NCBI GenBank assembly: GCA_965368975.1
Contig: CBDUPA010000007.1
Coordinates: 192,001-256,000 of the forward strand
DNA: 64,000 bases
Source of the DNA: an uncultured bacterium
Lineage (GTDB): Bacteria > Acidobacteriota > Thermoanaerobaculia > Multivoradales > JAHZIX01
Direction: 5' to 3'
The notes under the pieces are model-generated. The model was not told the DNA's origin, ran no database searches, and saw nothing but the letters and a program-made list of their open reading frames with translations. The position numbers were made by a program, and so were the translations under genes. Positions 9,742 through 20,119 of this stretch are shown here, piece by piece. The stretch's first letter is position 1, and every line of letters begins with the position of its first letter.

Positions 9742-12258
9742 GTGGTAAAACCCGCTGCCATGGGCGCTGCTCTGCTGATCCTGTTCTACCTGCTGACCTC
9801 CGTCGTGCTCGCCGCCTTCGGTTGGCCGCTGCGACGGCGGCCGTCGTGGATGGCGTTTGCGCTCTTGACGCTGCTGCCGCTGGCCTTCGCCGCTTCCGGT
9901 TTGCTGCCAGGCAAGACGCTGGCGCCCACCGGCACCTTGACCCACCTGGCACCGTGGACCGATCCAGACTTCGCGGCAGCGGTGCACGCGGCGTCGTCAC
10001 AGGACAATCCGCTGCTGCTGGACCCGCTCACGCAGATGGAGCCCTGGCGGCGCGCGGGGCGTCAGGACATCTTGTTCAATCCGGCGCAGAACGCGGGGGC
10101 GGCGCTGCTCGGCAATGCGCAGTCGGCGATCTTCTCCCCGCCCGAGGCGTTGTCGCGCCTGCTGCCGCAGACGCGGGCGACGACCTACGTACAGTTGACG
10201 CGGCTGCTGCTGGCTGCCTGGGGCATGTTCCTCTTGCTGCGCCTGCTGGCGCTGCCGGAGCTGGCGGCGCTGGCCGGTTCGACGGTATTGCTCGGTGGTG
10301 GTTTCCTGCAGCTGTGGCGGGCGTACCCGATGGGTGCGGTCGCGGCGTTGACGCCGTGGCTGCTGATCGCCTTTGTCCAGCTGCTGCGGCGGCCCGGCCC
10401 GTTGAGTGCCCTGGGCCTGGCGCTGGCGGGGGCCCTCGGGGTGACGGCGGGGCATCCGGAGACGCTGCTGCAATGCATGTTCTTCTGCGTCTTCGCCCTG
10501 GTGCCGGTGCTCTTCAGGGTGCCGCGGGCGCGCTGGCGGCGGGTGCTCTCCTGGGGTGCCGCGGCGGCCCTGACGTCGGTGCTGCTAGCGGCGCCGGCCT
10601 TGCTGCCCTTCGTCGAGACGCTGGCGGTGTCCTACGGCTGGCAGGAGCGCGAGCATGGAGTCCACCAGCAAGTCGAGATCCGCCTGCCCGACGCTCTCGG
10701 TCGGCTGACGCTGGCCCTCGATCCGCTGACCTTCGGCGATCCGCTGGACGGCGACTGGACCGGACCGGAGAACCTGGCCGAGACGGCAGGCGGTGCGGTG
10801 GCGCTGGCGGCGCTGGCGCTGGTGCCGGCGGCTTTCGTGCGCCGACGTCGCACGGCTTACAGTCGCGCTGGGGCCTGGGGTTGGTTGCTCCTGGCTCTGC
10901 TGGGGCTGCTGGTGGCTTGTCACTTCCCGCTGGTGTCGCGACCCTTCGGCTGGATCCCGCTGCTCGCCGAGTCGCTGCTCAAACGCTTGACGCTCTGGTG
11001 GTTGTTGGCGCTGGCGGTGCTGGCCGCAGGCGGCGTCGCGGCCCTGCTGCGGCGAGAGAGCCGGCGGCGGGCGGCGTTGGTAGTGACATTGAGTGCGGGG
11101 GGTGTCGCCGGGCTGCTGCTGTGGGTGGACGCGACCTACGCCAGCTATCACGAGCCGCTGTGGCTGGGCGTGCAGCTTCTCGAGTTGTTGACGGTGGTCA
11201 CCGCCGCCTGGCTGCTGGCGTCTGGGCAGTGGAGGCCGCGGCCGGCTGTCCAGCGCCCCGGGGCGGGGCCGACGGTCAGCTGGCGGGCGTCGTTCGGGCT
11301 GGCCCTCTTGCTCCTGGCGCTGCTGCTGCCGCGCGCTCTGACGTGGAGTCGCTGGATGCCGGTGACCCCCGCTTTTGCTTTCTATCCTGAGACTCCGTCG
11401 ATCCAGTTCGTGCAGGGGCGTCTGGGAGAGAATGCCGCCGGCTATCGCGTCGCCGGCATGACATCGGCATTGGTGCCGCATTCCGCGGCCTTCTACGGCT
11501 TCGGCGAGGTGCGCGGCTACGATCCTCTGTCCTTCGCCGATTACGTGTTGTTTTCCGAGGCACTGGGTCCGCGGGACTTCTCCTGGCCGCGGCTATCGGC
11601 GCGGCGCGGTCCCGCGCTCGATTACTTGGGCGTGCGCTATGTCTTCGATCACCCGACGATGTACGCCTACGAGTCGGGCGATGTGCGACAGGTGTGGGAA
11701 GGCGAGGACGCACTCGTATTCGAGAACCCGCGTGCCTTCGAGCGCCTGTTCGTACCGGCGCGCTTGCGCCTGTTCCGCGATGCCGAGGCGGGGCACGAGC
11801 AGGCGCTAGAACGGGCCGTGACGATCCAGGACTTCGCGCACCTGGCGGCGGTGTTCGATCCGGACGGCACCGTACCGGCGGGCCCCGAGCGCCGACGCAA
11901 CGGCCGCGCGCGGGTCGACGAGCTCCGTGTCGAGGGGCGCTCGGTGCGCGCCCGCGTGCACGCTGATGAGGCGGCGCTGGTGGTCAGTTCGCAGCCGGCG
12001 ATCCCTGGCTGGCAGCTGTGGATCGATGGCGTGCGAACCTCGCCACTACGCGTCAACGGCGCCTTCTTGGGGGCGTGGGTCGCGGCCGGCGAGCACCAGC
12101 TCGAGCTGCGCTATGCGCCGGCGAGTTTCCGCTGGGCCGTCCTCTTGTTCGTCTTCGGCGGTCTGCCCTGTGCCGGGTTGCTGCTCGTGCTCGGCCGTCG
12201 CGGCTCTGGTTCAGGTGTGCACTCTGGTGGGTTCGGGATCAGGATGGGCTCGCGGTGA
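9742..12258 (+). CDS. YfhO-family multi-pass membrane protein (GT-C-like glycosyltransferase)
   Basis: Many TM helices; FNPAQNAGAALLGN, GHPET, and C-terminal PGWQLWIDG...VNGAFLG...GEHQLELRYAP. Confidence 0.75.
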   Translation: MVKPAAMGAALLILFYLLTSVVLAAFGWPLRRRPSWMAFALLTLLPLAFAASGLLPGKTLAPTGTLTHLAPWTDPDFAAAVHAASSQDNPLLLDPLTQMEPWRRAGRQDILFNPAQNAGAALLGNAQSAIFSPPEALSRLLPQTRATTYVQLTRLLLAAWGMFLLLRLLALPELAALAGSTVLLGGGFLQLWRAYPMGAVAALTPWLLIAFVQLLRRPGPLSALGLALAGALGVTAGHPETLLQCMFFCVFALVPVLFRVPRARWRRVLSWGAAAALTSVLLAAPALLPFVETLAVSYGWQEREHGVHQQVEIRLPDALGRLTLALDPLTFGDPLDGDWTGPENLAETAGGAVALAALALVPAAFVRRRRTAYSRAGAWGWLLLALLGLLVACHFPLVSRPFGWIPLLAESLLKRLTLWWLLALAVLAAGGVAALLRRESRRRAALVVTLSAGGVAGLLLWVDATYASYHEPLWLGVQLLELLTVVTAAWLLASGQWRPRPAVQRPGAGPTVSWRASFGLALLLLALLLPRALTWSRWMPVTPAFAFYPETPSIQFVQGRLGENAAGYRVAGMTSALVPHSAAFYGFGEVRGYDPLSFADYVLFSEALGPRDFSWPRLSARRGPALDYLGVRYVFDHPTMYAYESGDVRQVWEGEDALVFENPRAFERLFVPARLRLFRDAEAGHEQALERAVTIQDFAHLAAVFDPDGTVPAGPERRRNGRARVDELRVEGRSVRARVHADEAALVVSSQPAIPGWQLWIDGVRTSPLRVNGAFLGAWVAAGEHQLELRYAPASFRWAVLLFVFGGLPCAGLLLVLGRRGSGSGVHSGGFGIRMGSR

Positions 12259-12296
12259 GGGCTGGGTCGCGGTAAGATGCAGCGAGGCTTGAAACT

Positions 12297-13055
12297 ATGC
12301 GCTTGACTCTCTTCGACATAGACGGAACGCTGCTACGCTGCGGCAGCCAGGTGCGCGACATCTTCGCGTCGGCGCTGCGCGATGTCTACGGGTGCGTTGG
12401 CCCGCTCGAGAAGTACAGTTTCGCAGGCCGTACCGACCCCGGCATCGTGCTCGACCTGATGAGCGGTGCCGGCCTCGAGAGGCCGCACATTCTGGACCAG
12501 CTGGAGCGCATGCGCGAGCTGTACCTGGAGCGCTTGGAGGAGGGCCTGGAAGCCCATCGCATGCGCCTGTTGCCGGGCGTGCTCGACCTGCTCGAGACTC
12601 TGGCCGAGCGTGCCGATACCGTCCTGGGCCTGCTCACCGGCAACTGGCAGCTGGGAGCCCGCATCAAGCTTTCGCGTTTCGATCTCAATCGCTTCTTCGA
12701 CTTCGGTGCCTTTGGTGACGATGGCGCCGATCGCCGCCAACTGCCGCCGGTGGCGCTGGAGCGCGCGCGCGTGAGCGCGGGACGTACGTTCACCCCTGAG
12801 CAGACTCTGATCATTGGTGACAGCTTGCTGGATGTTGCCTGTGGTCGAGCGCATGGTGTGCCGGTGATGGCCGTCGCAACCGGCTTTACTCGTGCTGAAG
12901 ATCTGGCTGATGCCGGTGCAGATTGGGTGCTGCCCGATCTCGTGGCAGCTGGCTTCCATTTGACGCAGTTGGCGACCCGGCGCCCGGCATCTCCCTCTCC
13001 CGACTTGCCCCAAGATGCCGCGGTACCCGGTAGCCCTTCCCATCCCTTGTGCTGA
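12297..13055 (+). CDS. HAD-superfamily hydrolase
   Basis: LFDIDGTLL motif I, LLTGN motif II, IIGDSLLDV motif IV. Confidence 0.9.
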   Translation: MRLTLFDIDGTLLRCGSQVRDIFASALRDVYGCVGPLEKYSFAGRTDPGIVLDLMSGAGLERPHILDQLERMRELYLERLEEGLEAHRMRLLPGVLDLLETLAERADTVLGLLTGNWQLGARIKLSRFDLNRFFDFGAFGDDGADRRQLPPVALERARVSAGRTFTPEQTLIIGDSLLDVACGRAHGVPVMAVATGFTRAEDLADAGADWVLPDLVAAGFHLTQLATRRPASPSPDLPQDAAVPGSPSHPLC

Positions 13056-13075
13056 TATTTGAGGAGATCGCCCCC

Positions 13076-13354
13076 ATGAAGGTAACTCTACAAATCGCCC
13101 CGAACGTTCGAGACCAGCTGCGCCAGTCTCTGGTGCCGGAGCAGGATCTGCTCAACATCCTGTCCAAGCAGCAACGTCACCCGGTGCCGGACGAGCCGAA
13201 CTCCTTCCGCTACAGTTGTCCGATTCCCTTGCCACGGCCGATGGATCCAGAGACCGCGGAGATGCGGGTGCTCGATGTCTTTCTACGCCCGCAGTCGGAA
13301 GGGGTGTGGGAGATCTATCGCGTCGAGGGATTGCCCGAGGAAACCGCCGACTAG
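13076..13354 (+). CDS. Hypothetical protein (92 aa)
   Basis: ATG at 13076 preceded by GAGGAG; protein-like composition. Confidence 0.6.
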   Translation: MKVTLQIAPNVRDQLRQSLVPEQDLLNILSKQQRHPVPDEPNSFRYSCPIPLPRPMDPETAEMRVLDVFLRPQSEGVWEIYRVEGLPEETAD

Positions 13355-13427
13355 CACGGTCACTACGCTGTTGGGCCGTGGACTCCAGCTCTGGTCGCGT
13401 GGTTCTGGGACCGGGGCCGGGGCGCCG

Positions 13428-16400
13428 CTACGCGGTGTGCGATCCACCGGTGAGCAGCGCCCGCAGTCGCCGTGCCGTCTCCTCGACGTGTGGTGGTTGC
13501 AGGATGCTGTAGTGGTTGCCCGGCAGTATGGCTTCGTGGATCGGGCCCTCGATCAGCTCTGCCCAGCCCAGAGCCGGCGCGGCGATTTCGGCGTTGGCGC
13601 CATCGGCCGCACGCCAGACGTGGACAGGGCCCTCGAGCGGCTCGACGTCCGCGGTCCAGGTCTCACCACGGCCATAGGTGAAGAGGGCCTGGTAGTTGGC
13701 GGCGAAGCGACGGAAGGGGCCTTCGAGGCCGCCGGAAGCCTGGTCTGACGTCGTCAGCGCCGCCAGGTCTTGCTCGAAGACACGGCGCAGCGCTTGGTCC
13801 TGCAGGTAAGGGTCATCGCGGCGTTGCGAGGGCGCGCGCACATCGAGCAGTACGATCCAAGCGACCGCCTCACCCAGTCTGCGCAGCTGTCGAGCCAGCT
13901 CGAAGGTCACCAGACCGCCCATCGACCAGCCGGCCAGCCGGTAGGGACCGCTCGGCTGTACCTCACGCACGGCCTCGAGGTAGCGGGCTGCCAGCTCCTC
14001 GATGCTCGGCGCGCTCTGGGATTGCGTCGCTGGCAAGTCGGGGGACTGGAGACCATAGACGGGGCAGAGGTCGGCCAGGCGGCGCGCGAGCGGTAAGTAG
14101 CACAGTACCTCACCGCCCACGGGGTGAACGAGGAACAGGGGCTGGCGGTCCGCGTCTTTGTCCTGGTTGCGGGCATGCTGCAGCGCGACGCACAGCGGGC
14201 GCGTCCTGGCGGCCGGTCCGCGCGTTGGGTGACGGCGCAGGCAGGCGGCGAAGGTCTCGGGGGTGCCATGGTCGAACAGCGTCGAGAGCGGCAGCTCGAC
14301 GCCGAAGCGCCGGTGCACCTCCGCCATGAGACGCACGGCGAGCAGGGAGTGCCCACCGGCCGTGAAGAAGTCTGTGTGCACGTGTGGCTGGCCGGGCAGC
14401 AGTTCTTGCCACAGGTGCAGCACGCGCAGCTCCAGCTCGTCGCGCGGTGCCTTCGCGGCGTCGGGATCGGTGGTGGCGTCGCCGTCGGCGGTCTCAGCGC
14501 TAGACTCGGCCTCGGCGGCGATCGCTTCCAGGCCTCGGCGGTCGAGCTTCTGGTTGGCCGTCAGGGGCAGGGTGTCGAGGAAGTGCCAGACGGCGGGAGT
14601 CATGTACTCGGGAAGGTCGGCGCGCAAGAATTCGACCAGGCGCGGCTCGATGGCGCTGGCTACCGGCGGCGATGAGCGCGGCACCACGAACGCCTCCAGG
14701 CGTAGGTCGCGGCTGCGACCACCGCGGCGGGCCAGCACGGCGGCCGCCTCGACATCCGGATGGCGGTTCAGCTGGCTGACGACTTCGCCCGGTTCGATGC
14801 GGAAGCCACGGATCTTGACCTGATGGTCCCGGCGGCCGAGGAAGTCGATACAGCCGTCGGGCAGGAAGCGGGCCAGGTCTCCCGTGCGGTAGAGGCGTGC
14901 ACCCGGCGTCTCGGCCCACGGGTCGGGCACGAAGGCCTCGGCGGTCCGGCGCGGGCGATCGTGGTAGCCGCGCGCCAGGCTGGCGCCGCCGATCTGCAGC
15001 TCACCCTGGACGCCGATCGGCACCACTCGGCCGCGGGCGTCGACGATACGTGCGCACAGGTTGTCGAGCGGTCGGCCGATCGACGGTCGCGTCAGCCCCG
15101 CAGGCGGCACCGAGGTGTGCGTCGCGATGACGGCGGTCTCGGTGGGGCCGTAGAGGTTGAACAGGGTGAAGGGATAGCCGGGCGGTGGCGGGCCGTGCAG
15201 AGCGTCGCCACCGGTGAGGATGGCGCGCGGCCCAGCGCTGGTCTCCCGGTGACAAGACTCGGTATTGGAAAGCCCGCTTTCTGCAGGCTCCACACCCGAG
15301 GGCCACGGTACGCCCAGTAACTGTTCGGTCAGCGGCGTGACCAGCATCACCAGCGAGATGGCGCGCCGGCGCAGCCAGCGTCCGAACGCGGCGGCGGTGA
15401 GTTGGCGCAGATCGAGTAGATCGAGGCAGATGCCGGCACTCAGGTGGCCCCAGACCTCGAAGACCATGCCGTCGAAGCCGAGGCCGAAGGTCTGCGATGC
15501 GCGGTCGTCGGGGCAGCAGGCGAAGCGCTCGTGGTACCAGTTGAGCAGGTTGGCGAGGGCGCCGTGGCTCACCTCGACGCCCTTGGGCCGGCCAGTGGAA
15601 CCCGAGGTGTAGATCAAGTAGGCGAGGTTGCCTGCGTGCACGGGTTCGAGCGCGGAGCCTGGCTCGACCGCAGCGGCCAGCCCGGGTTCCTGGGCTTCCT
15701 CGCGCAGCCAGCGCTCGACATCGAACCAGCGCGGCGTAGCCTGGGCCTGCGAGGGGGGCTCGTCGTTCTGCAGCCGTTGCCACAGCTGTTCCTGGGTCAG
15801 CACGCCGGTGGCGCCGGAGTCGGCGAGCAGCCAGCGCAGTCGCTGCGGTGGCAGAGTTGGGTCGAGCTGCAGGAAGGCAGCACCCGTCGTGAGGACCGCC
15901 AGTTGCGCCAGGACCAGCTCGGGCGAGCGCGGCAGGCAGACGGCGAGAACGTGCTCGGGACCGAGGCCGGCACCGGGCCAGGCTGCGCGCAGACGGGTCG
16001 CGAGCGCGGCGGCGTGCCGGCACAGCAGGCCGAAGCTGAGGTGGCGGTGGCCGTGCAGGAGGGCGATGGCGTCAGGGCGCTGCCGTGCTTGTGCATAGAC
16101 GCGCAGATGCACTCCGGAGCTGGGCGGCCGTGGACGCTGGGTGTCCTGCCACTGCTGCAGCAGCTGTGCGCGCTCGGCGGCGGACAGCAGGCTGAAGTTG
16201 TCGACGCTGTACCCTTGCGCCGCGTTACGCGAGGCGGCTTCGAGCTCTTCGGAATGCAGATGCCGTAGCAGTGTGTTCAGCAGGCGGTCGAAGTGGCCAG
16301 CGAGACGTTGCACTGTGGTGCCGTCGAACAGCTCGGTGCTGTACTCGACTTTCAGGAAGAGATCCTGTTCGTAGGTCTCCAGCGTACCGAGCAGGTCCAT

Positions 16401-17612
16401 GCGTGACGTGCGTCGCTCTTCGCCCAGTACTTCGAGTTCCAGGTCGCCGAGCTGCAGCTGCTCCGAGGGGGTGTTGTGCACCGCGAAGACGACCTGGAAC
16501 ATCGGGTGGCGGGCAGCGTCGCGTTGCGGGCTCAGCTGCTCGACCAGCAATTCGAAGGGGATGTCGGCGTGCTCTTGCACCGCCAGCACACAGCGCCGAC
16601 CCTGTTCGAGCAGATCGGCGGCGCTGCGCGTGCGATCCGCGTCCTCGAGGGTGCCCCAGGGCAAGACCAGCGTGGCGGCGAAGAAGCCGATCAGCTCCTC
16701 CAGCTCGACCCGATCACGTCCGGCCACGACACTGCCGAGGAGAAAGCTCTGGCGCCCGCTGTAGCGTTCGAGCAGCAGGGCGAAGACACTCAGGCCGACC
16801 ATGAACGGTGTCACGCCGAAACGCGTGCAAACGTGGTCGAGACGTGGCGCGGAGGTGGCGAGGCGGAAGAGTTGCTGCGTGCCCTGAAAGCTCAGGCGCG
16901 CGGGGCGCGGCCGATCGCCCAGCAGCTCCAGCGGCTCGACGCCGACCAGGTGTCGGCGCCACCAACGCAGGCCGTGCTCCAAGCGCTCTCCCTGCAGTCG
17001 CTTGTTCTGCCAGCGGGCGAAGTCGAGGTACTGCAGCTTGGGTTCGGGTAGCGGCGAAGGGTGGCCGCGGAGGAAGGCGTGGTAGAGCAACGTCGTCTCG
17101 CGGACGAACACGGCTTGCGACCAGGCATCCGAAACGATGTGGTGGGCGCTGAACAGCAGCAGGTGGTGCCGCGGAGCCAGGCGGAGCAGCTGCAGCAGCA
17201 GCATCGGTCCGCGCGCCAGGTCGAAGGGGCGGTGGTTGGCGCTGTCGAGCAGACTGCGAGCCCGCGCTTCGGCGTCGGATAGCGGCAGATGCGTCAAGTC
17301 GAGCACCGGCAAGATCTGGGGTTGCCAGGGCAGCGGCCACTGGACGGGCTGGCCGTCGACTTCTGGAAAGGCGGTGTTGAGCACGCGGTGGCGGCGTGTG
17401 ATCTCGCCCAGCGCGCGCGCCAGGGCCGCCGTATCCAGGTCGCCCTGCAGACGCAACAGCAAGGCTCCGTTGTACAGCGTCTTGTCGCCGTACAGGCGCT
17501 CCAGGAACCACAGGCGACGCTGGGAGAACGACAGCGGTTGGCGCTGGATCAGCAGCTTGCGCTTGGCCTCGGACAGCGACTGGAGGCGCGCGCTCAGGGT
17601 CATGGACACCAC
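13428..17612 (-). CDS. Mono-modular non-ribosomal peptide synthetase (C-A-T-TE)
   Basis: C: PLSFSQRRLWFL and HHIVSDAWS. A: YLIYTSGSTGRPKG, NLYGPTE, LYRTGDL, QVKIRGFRIEPGE. T: FFTAGGHSLLA. TE: GWSMGG and GNHYS. Start is GTG 17612 or ATG 17603. Confidence 0.95.
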   Translation of the reverse strand: MVSMTLSARLQSLSEAKRKLLIQRQPLSFSQRRLWFLERLYGDKTLYNGALLLRLQGDLDTAALARALGEITRRHRVLNTAFPEVDGQPVQWPLPWQPQILPVLDLTHLPLSDAEARARSLLDSANHRPFDLARGPMLLLQLLRLAPRHHLLLFSAHHIVSDAWSQAVFVRETTLLYHAFLRGHPSPLPEPKLQYLDFARWQNKRLQGERLEHGLRWWRRHLVGVEPLELLGDRPRPARLSFQGTQQLFRLATSAPRLDHVCTRFGVTPFMVGLSVFALLLERYSGRQSFLLGSVVAGRDRVELEELIGFFAATLVLPWGTLEDADRTRSAADLLEQGRRCVLAVQEHADIPFELLVEQLSPQRDAARHPMFQVVFAVHNTPSEQLQLGDLELEVLGEERRTSRMDLLGTLETYEQDLFLKVEYSTELFDGTTVQRLAGHFDRLLNTLLRHLHSEELEAASRNAAQGYSVDNFSLLSAAERAQLLQQWQDTQRPRPPSSGVHLRVYAQARQRPDAIALLHGHRHLSFGLLCRHAAALATRLRAAWPGAGLGPEHVLAVCLPRSPELVLAQLAVLTTGAAFLQLDPTLPPQRLRWLLADSGATGVLTQEQLWQRLQNDEPPSQAQATPRWFDVERWLREEAQEPGLAAAVEPGSALEPVHAGNLAYLIYTSGSTGRPKGVEVSHGALANLLNWYHERFACCPDDRASQTFGLGFDGMVFEVWGHLSAGICLDLLDLRQLTAAAFGRWLRRRAISLVMLVTPLTEQLLGVPWPSGVEPAESGLSNTESCHRETSAGPRAILTGGDALHGPPPPGYPFTLFNLYGPTETAVIATHTSVPPAGLTRPSIGRPLDNLCARIVDARGRVVPIGVQGELQIGGASLARGYHDRPRRTAEAFVPDPWAETPGARLYRTGDLARFLPDGCIDFLGRRDHQVKIRGFRIEPGEVVSQLNRHPDVEAAAVLARRGGRSRDLRLEAFVVPRSSPPVASAIEPRLVEFLRADLPEYMTPAVWHFLDTLPLTANQKLDRRGLEAIAAEAESSAETADGDATTDPDAAKAPRDELELRVLHLWQELLPGQPHVHTDFFTAGGHSLLAVRLMAEVHRRFGVELPLSTLFDHGTPETFAACLRRHPTRGPAARTRPLCVALQHARNQDKDADRQPLFLVHPVGGEVLCYLPLARRLADLCPVYGLQSPDLPATQSQSAPSIEELAARYLEAVREVQPSGPYRLAGWSMGGLVTFELARQLRRLGEAVAWIVLLDVRAPSQRRDDPYLQDQALRRVFEQDLAALTTSDQASGGLEGPFRRFAANYQALFTYGRGETWTADVEPLEGPVHVWRAADGANAEIAAPALGWAELIEGPIHEAILPGNHYSILQPPHVEETARRLRALLTGGSHTA

Positions 17613-17681
17613 AGGCTCATCGACACCATAGTTTCATGGACCCAAGCTTCATGGACTCGACAGCCGCTGTATCCGGCTAGG

Positions 17682-18788
17682 TCAGGCAGTTTCCAGCCGC
17701 GGTGCTCGGTCGAGCGCGGCGTGGATCATCAGGAACTCGCCGACGTTCTCAGAGGTCAGCAGGCCGGTCAGCTGTCCCTGCTCGTTCAACACCGGCATGG
17801 TGCGTGAGTCGTCGCGCTGCAGACGGACGAAAGCGGATTCGAGTGTCTCGTTGGCATGCGTGGTCTGGAAGCGGTCATGCATGGTGCTCTCGACGGTACC
17901 GTCCTCGCCCTGTTCGTGCAGGCCGCGCATCAGGTCCTGGCGCGTCAAGATGCCGGTGACTCGCCGTTCGCCGTCGATCACCGGGAAATCCTGCTGACTG
18001 CCCGCCAGGATCAAGCTCATCGCGTGTCCGAGACGGTCCCCGGCGTCGAGCGTGTGGTACTCGCGCAGCATCGCCTGGTTGACCGAGATGCCGGTTAGCG
18101 CGGTACGGATCTGCACCCAGCTGGCTTCCTGCGAGGCGCCGATCCAGACGAAGGCGGCGATCAGCAGCAGGAAAGGGTTGAACGGCTTCGACAGCAGTCC
18201 CAGCAGCCCGAACAGCATCGCCATCGCCTGGCCGACGACCGCCGCGATCTGCGTCGCGCGGTTGTAGTTGGTGCCGAAGGCGAGCAGGGCGCGCAACACT
18301 CGACCACCGTCCATCGGGAAGGCGGGCAGGAGGTTGAACACCACCAGCATCACGTTCACCAGCATCAGTCGTTGCCAGAAGGGGCCGCCTTCGACATCCA
18401 GCTGCGCCAGCGGCACAAGCCGACCGGAGAGCGTCAAGACAGCGTAGAGCACGGCGGCGATGACCACGTTGACCGCCGGTCCGGCGAGCGCCACCAGGAG
18501 TTCCTGGCCGGGCTTGTCGGGCATCTTCTCGAGGCGTGCGACACCGCCGATCGGTAGCAAGACAATGCTGCGCGTGCGGATACCGTAGCGGCGCGCGGTG
18601 AGCGCGTGGCCCAACTCGTGCAGCACCACGCAGGCGAACAGCAGCAGCACGAACGCGATTCCCTCGAGCGTCGCGGCAGTGCCGCGACCGGCATAGAGGA
18701 ACACCACCCACACGATGATCAGGAAGAATGTGGCGTGCATGCGCAGGGGGATCCCCGCCAGCCTACCGATCTGCCAGGACCACTTCAT
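17682..18788 (-). CDS. Site-2 protease (M50) with two CBS domains
   Basis: HELGH zinc motif, NLLPAFPMDGGR, C-terminal CBS pair. Confidence 0.93.
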   Translation of the reverse strand: MKWSWQIGRLAGIPLRMHATFFLIIVWVVFLYAGRGTAATLEGIAFVLLLFACVVLHELGHALTARRYGIRTRSIVLLPIGGVARLEKMPDKPGQELLVALAGPAVNVVIAAVLYAVLTLSGRLVPLAQLDVEGGPFWQRLMLVNVMLVVFNLLPAFPMDGGRVLRALLAFGTNYNRATQIAAVVGQAMAMLFGLLGLLSKPFNPFLLLIAAFVWIGASQEASWVQIRTALTGISVNQAMLREYHTLDAGDRLGHAMSLILAGSQQDFPVIDGERRVTGILTRQDLMRGLHEQGEDGTVESTMHDRFQTTHANETLESAFVRLQRDDSRTMPVLNEQGQLTGLLTSENVGEFLMIHAALDRAPRLETA

Positions 18789-18829
18789 CTCTGCTCGCCT
18801 CCTCGCTGTGGTGGTTCAGCTGTGGTGGT

Positions 18830-20032
18830 TCAGTCGACGTCGATCAGCCGAACAGAGACGCGTCGTGAACGACCATCGCGCGCTACGGTCAGGTCGACCT
18901 GCGCGCCGACGCCTGCTTGTTCGAAGGCGTCCTGCAGATCGTCGAGGCTACCGACCGACGTGCCGTCGACCGCCTCGATGACGTCGCCGAGGACCGGCCG
19001 ACGGCTGCCGCGGGGGTAGCGGAGACCGACGAGGCCGGCTTGCTCCGCCGGTGTGCCGCGGAGAACTTCCTGGATCGGTACACCGGCGATGCCGCGCTTG
19101 TACACCAAGCGCGGATCCAGCGGCTGGATGCCGATGCCGGGCCGGATTGGCCGACCGTTGCGGATCAACTGCGGCACCAGCCGGCGGACGGTGTCGGCTG
19201 GCACCGCGAAGCCGATGCCTGCCGAGTCGCCGCCGGTGGAGTAGATGGCGGTGTTGATACCGATCAGACGGCCGCGTGAGTCGAGCAAAGGGCCGCCGGA
19301 GTTGCCCGGGTTGATCGCCGCATCGGTCTGGATCAGGTCGCGGATCAGACGGCCACTGGGGGATTGCAGCTCGCGCCCCAGGGCGCTCACGACGCCGACC
19401 GTCAGCGTGTGGTCGAGGCCGAACGGATTGCCAATGGCGAGCACCCGCTGCCCGACCACCAGGTCGGTCGAGCGTCCGAGGTTGACTGCCTGCAGTTTCT
19501 CGCGTGGTGCCTCGATGCGCAGCACGGCGAGATCCTTGTCAGGAGCTGCCCCGACCAGCTGCGCCGGCCACTCGCTCTGATCGGAGAGGGTGACGGCGAA
19601 GCGCTGACTCTCGGCCACCACGTGGAAGTTGGTGACCACGTGCCCCTGGAGGTCCCAGAGGAAGCCGCTGCCAGAGCCCGCCGGCATCTGGTAGACGTTG
19701 CGCGAGAAGTAGTCGCGCCGCAGCTGAATGCTGGCGATCGACACCACCGAGTCGGCGGCGCTACGGAAAATCGAGATGATGCGCTGCTCTTCGCTGGTGA
19801 GGTCGTCGGGCAGCGGCTGGAAGATCTGCGACGGTGTCAGCGGTTGGGCGCTGGCGCGCGAGTCGAGTGCGGCCAGCGGGCGAGCCCCGCTGTTCGACGC
19901 CCCATCGTCCGGCTCTGCCGTCGACGAGGTCGCGATTTTCGCTGGATCGTCGGCCGGCCACGGCGTGTGGACCACCTGGCCCAAGAGCAGGCCGACGAGG
20001 AGAGCACAACAGACAAGTACGGTCGTTCGCAT
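18830..20032 (-). CDS. HtrA/DegP-like trypsin serine protease with PDZ domain
   Basis: GSGSGF, VTNFHVV, DLAVL and IQTDAAINPGNSGGPL motifs; ATG at 20032 with AGGAG upstream. Confidence 0.93.
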   Translation of the reverse strand: MRTTVLVCCALLVGLLLGQVVHTPWPADDPAKIATSSTAEPDDGASNSGARPLAALDSRASAQPLTPSQIFQPLPDDLTSEEQRIISIFRSAADSVVSIASIQLRRDYFSRNVYQMPAGSGSGFLWDLQGHVVTNFHVVAESQRFAVTLSDQSEWPAQLVGAAPDKDLAVLRIEAPREKLQAVNLGRSTDLVVGQRVLAIGNPFGLDHTLTVGVVSALGRELQSPSGRLIRDLIQTDAAINPGNSGGPLLDSRGRLIGINTAIYSTGGDSAGIGFAVPADTVRRLVPQLIRNGRPIRPGIGIQPLDPRLVYKRGIAGVPIQEVLRGTPAEQAGLVGLRYPRGSRRPVLGDVIEAVDGTSVGSLDDLQDAFEQAGVGAQVDLTVARDGRSRRVSVRLIDVD

Positions 20033-20083
20033 CACAAGATCTCCTGGGGCGCAGCCTAACACACGCTCGGAGTGCGGTGAAAC

Positions 20084-20113
20084 TTGACTTACGCTGTGTT
20101 ACCGCCGTACACT
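20084..20113 (+). promoter_or_regulatory. Putative sigma70 promoter of lexA (leaderless transcript)
   Basis: TTGACT-18 nt-TACACT, ending 6 nt before ATG 20120; no SD sequence in between. Confidence 0.55.
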
Positions 20114-20119
20114 GCCGGC

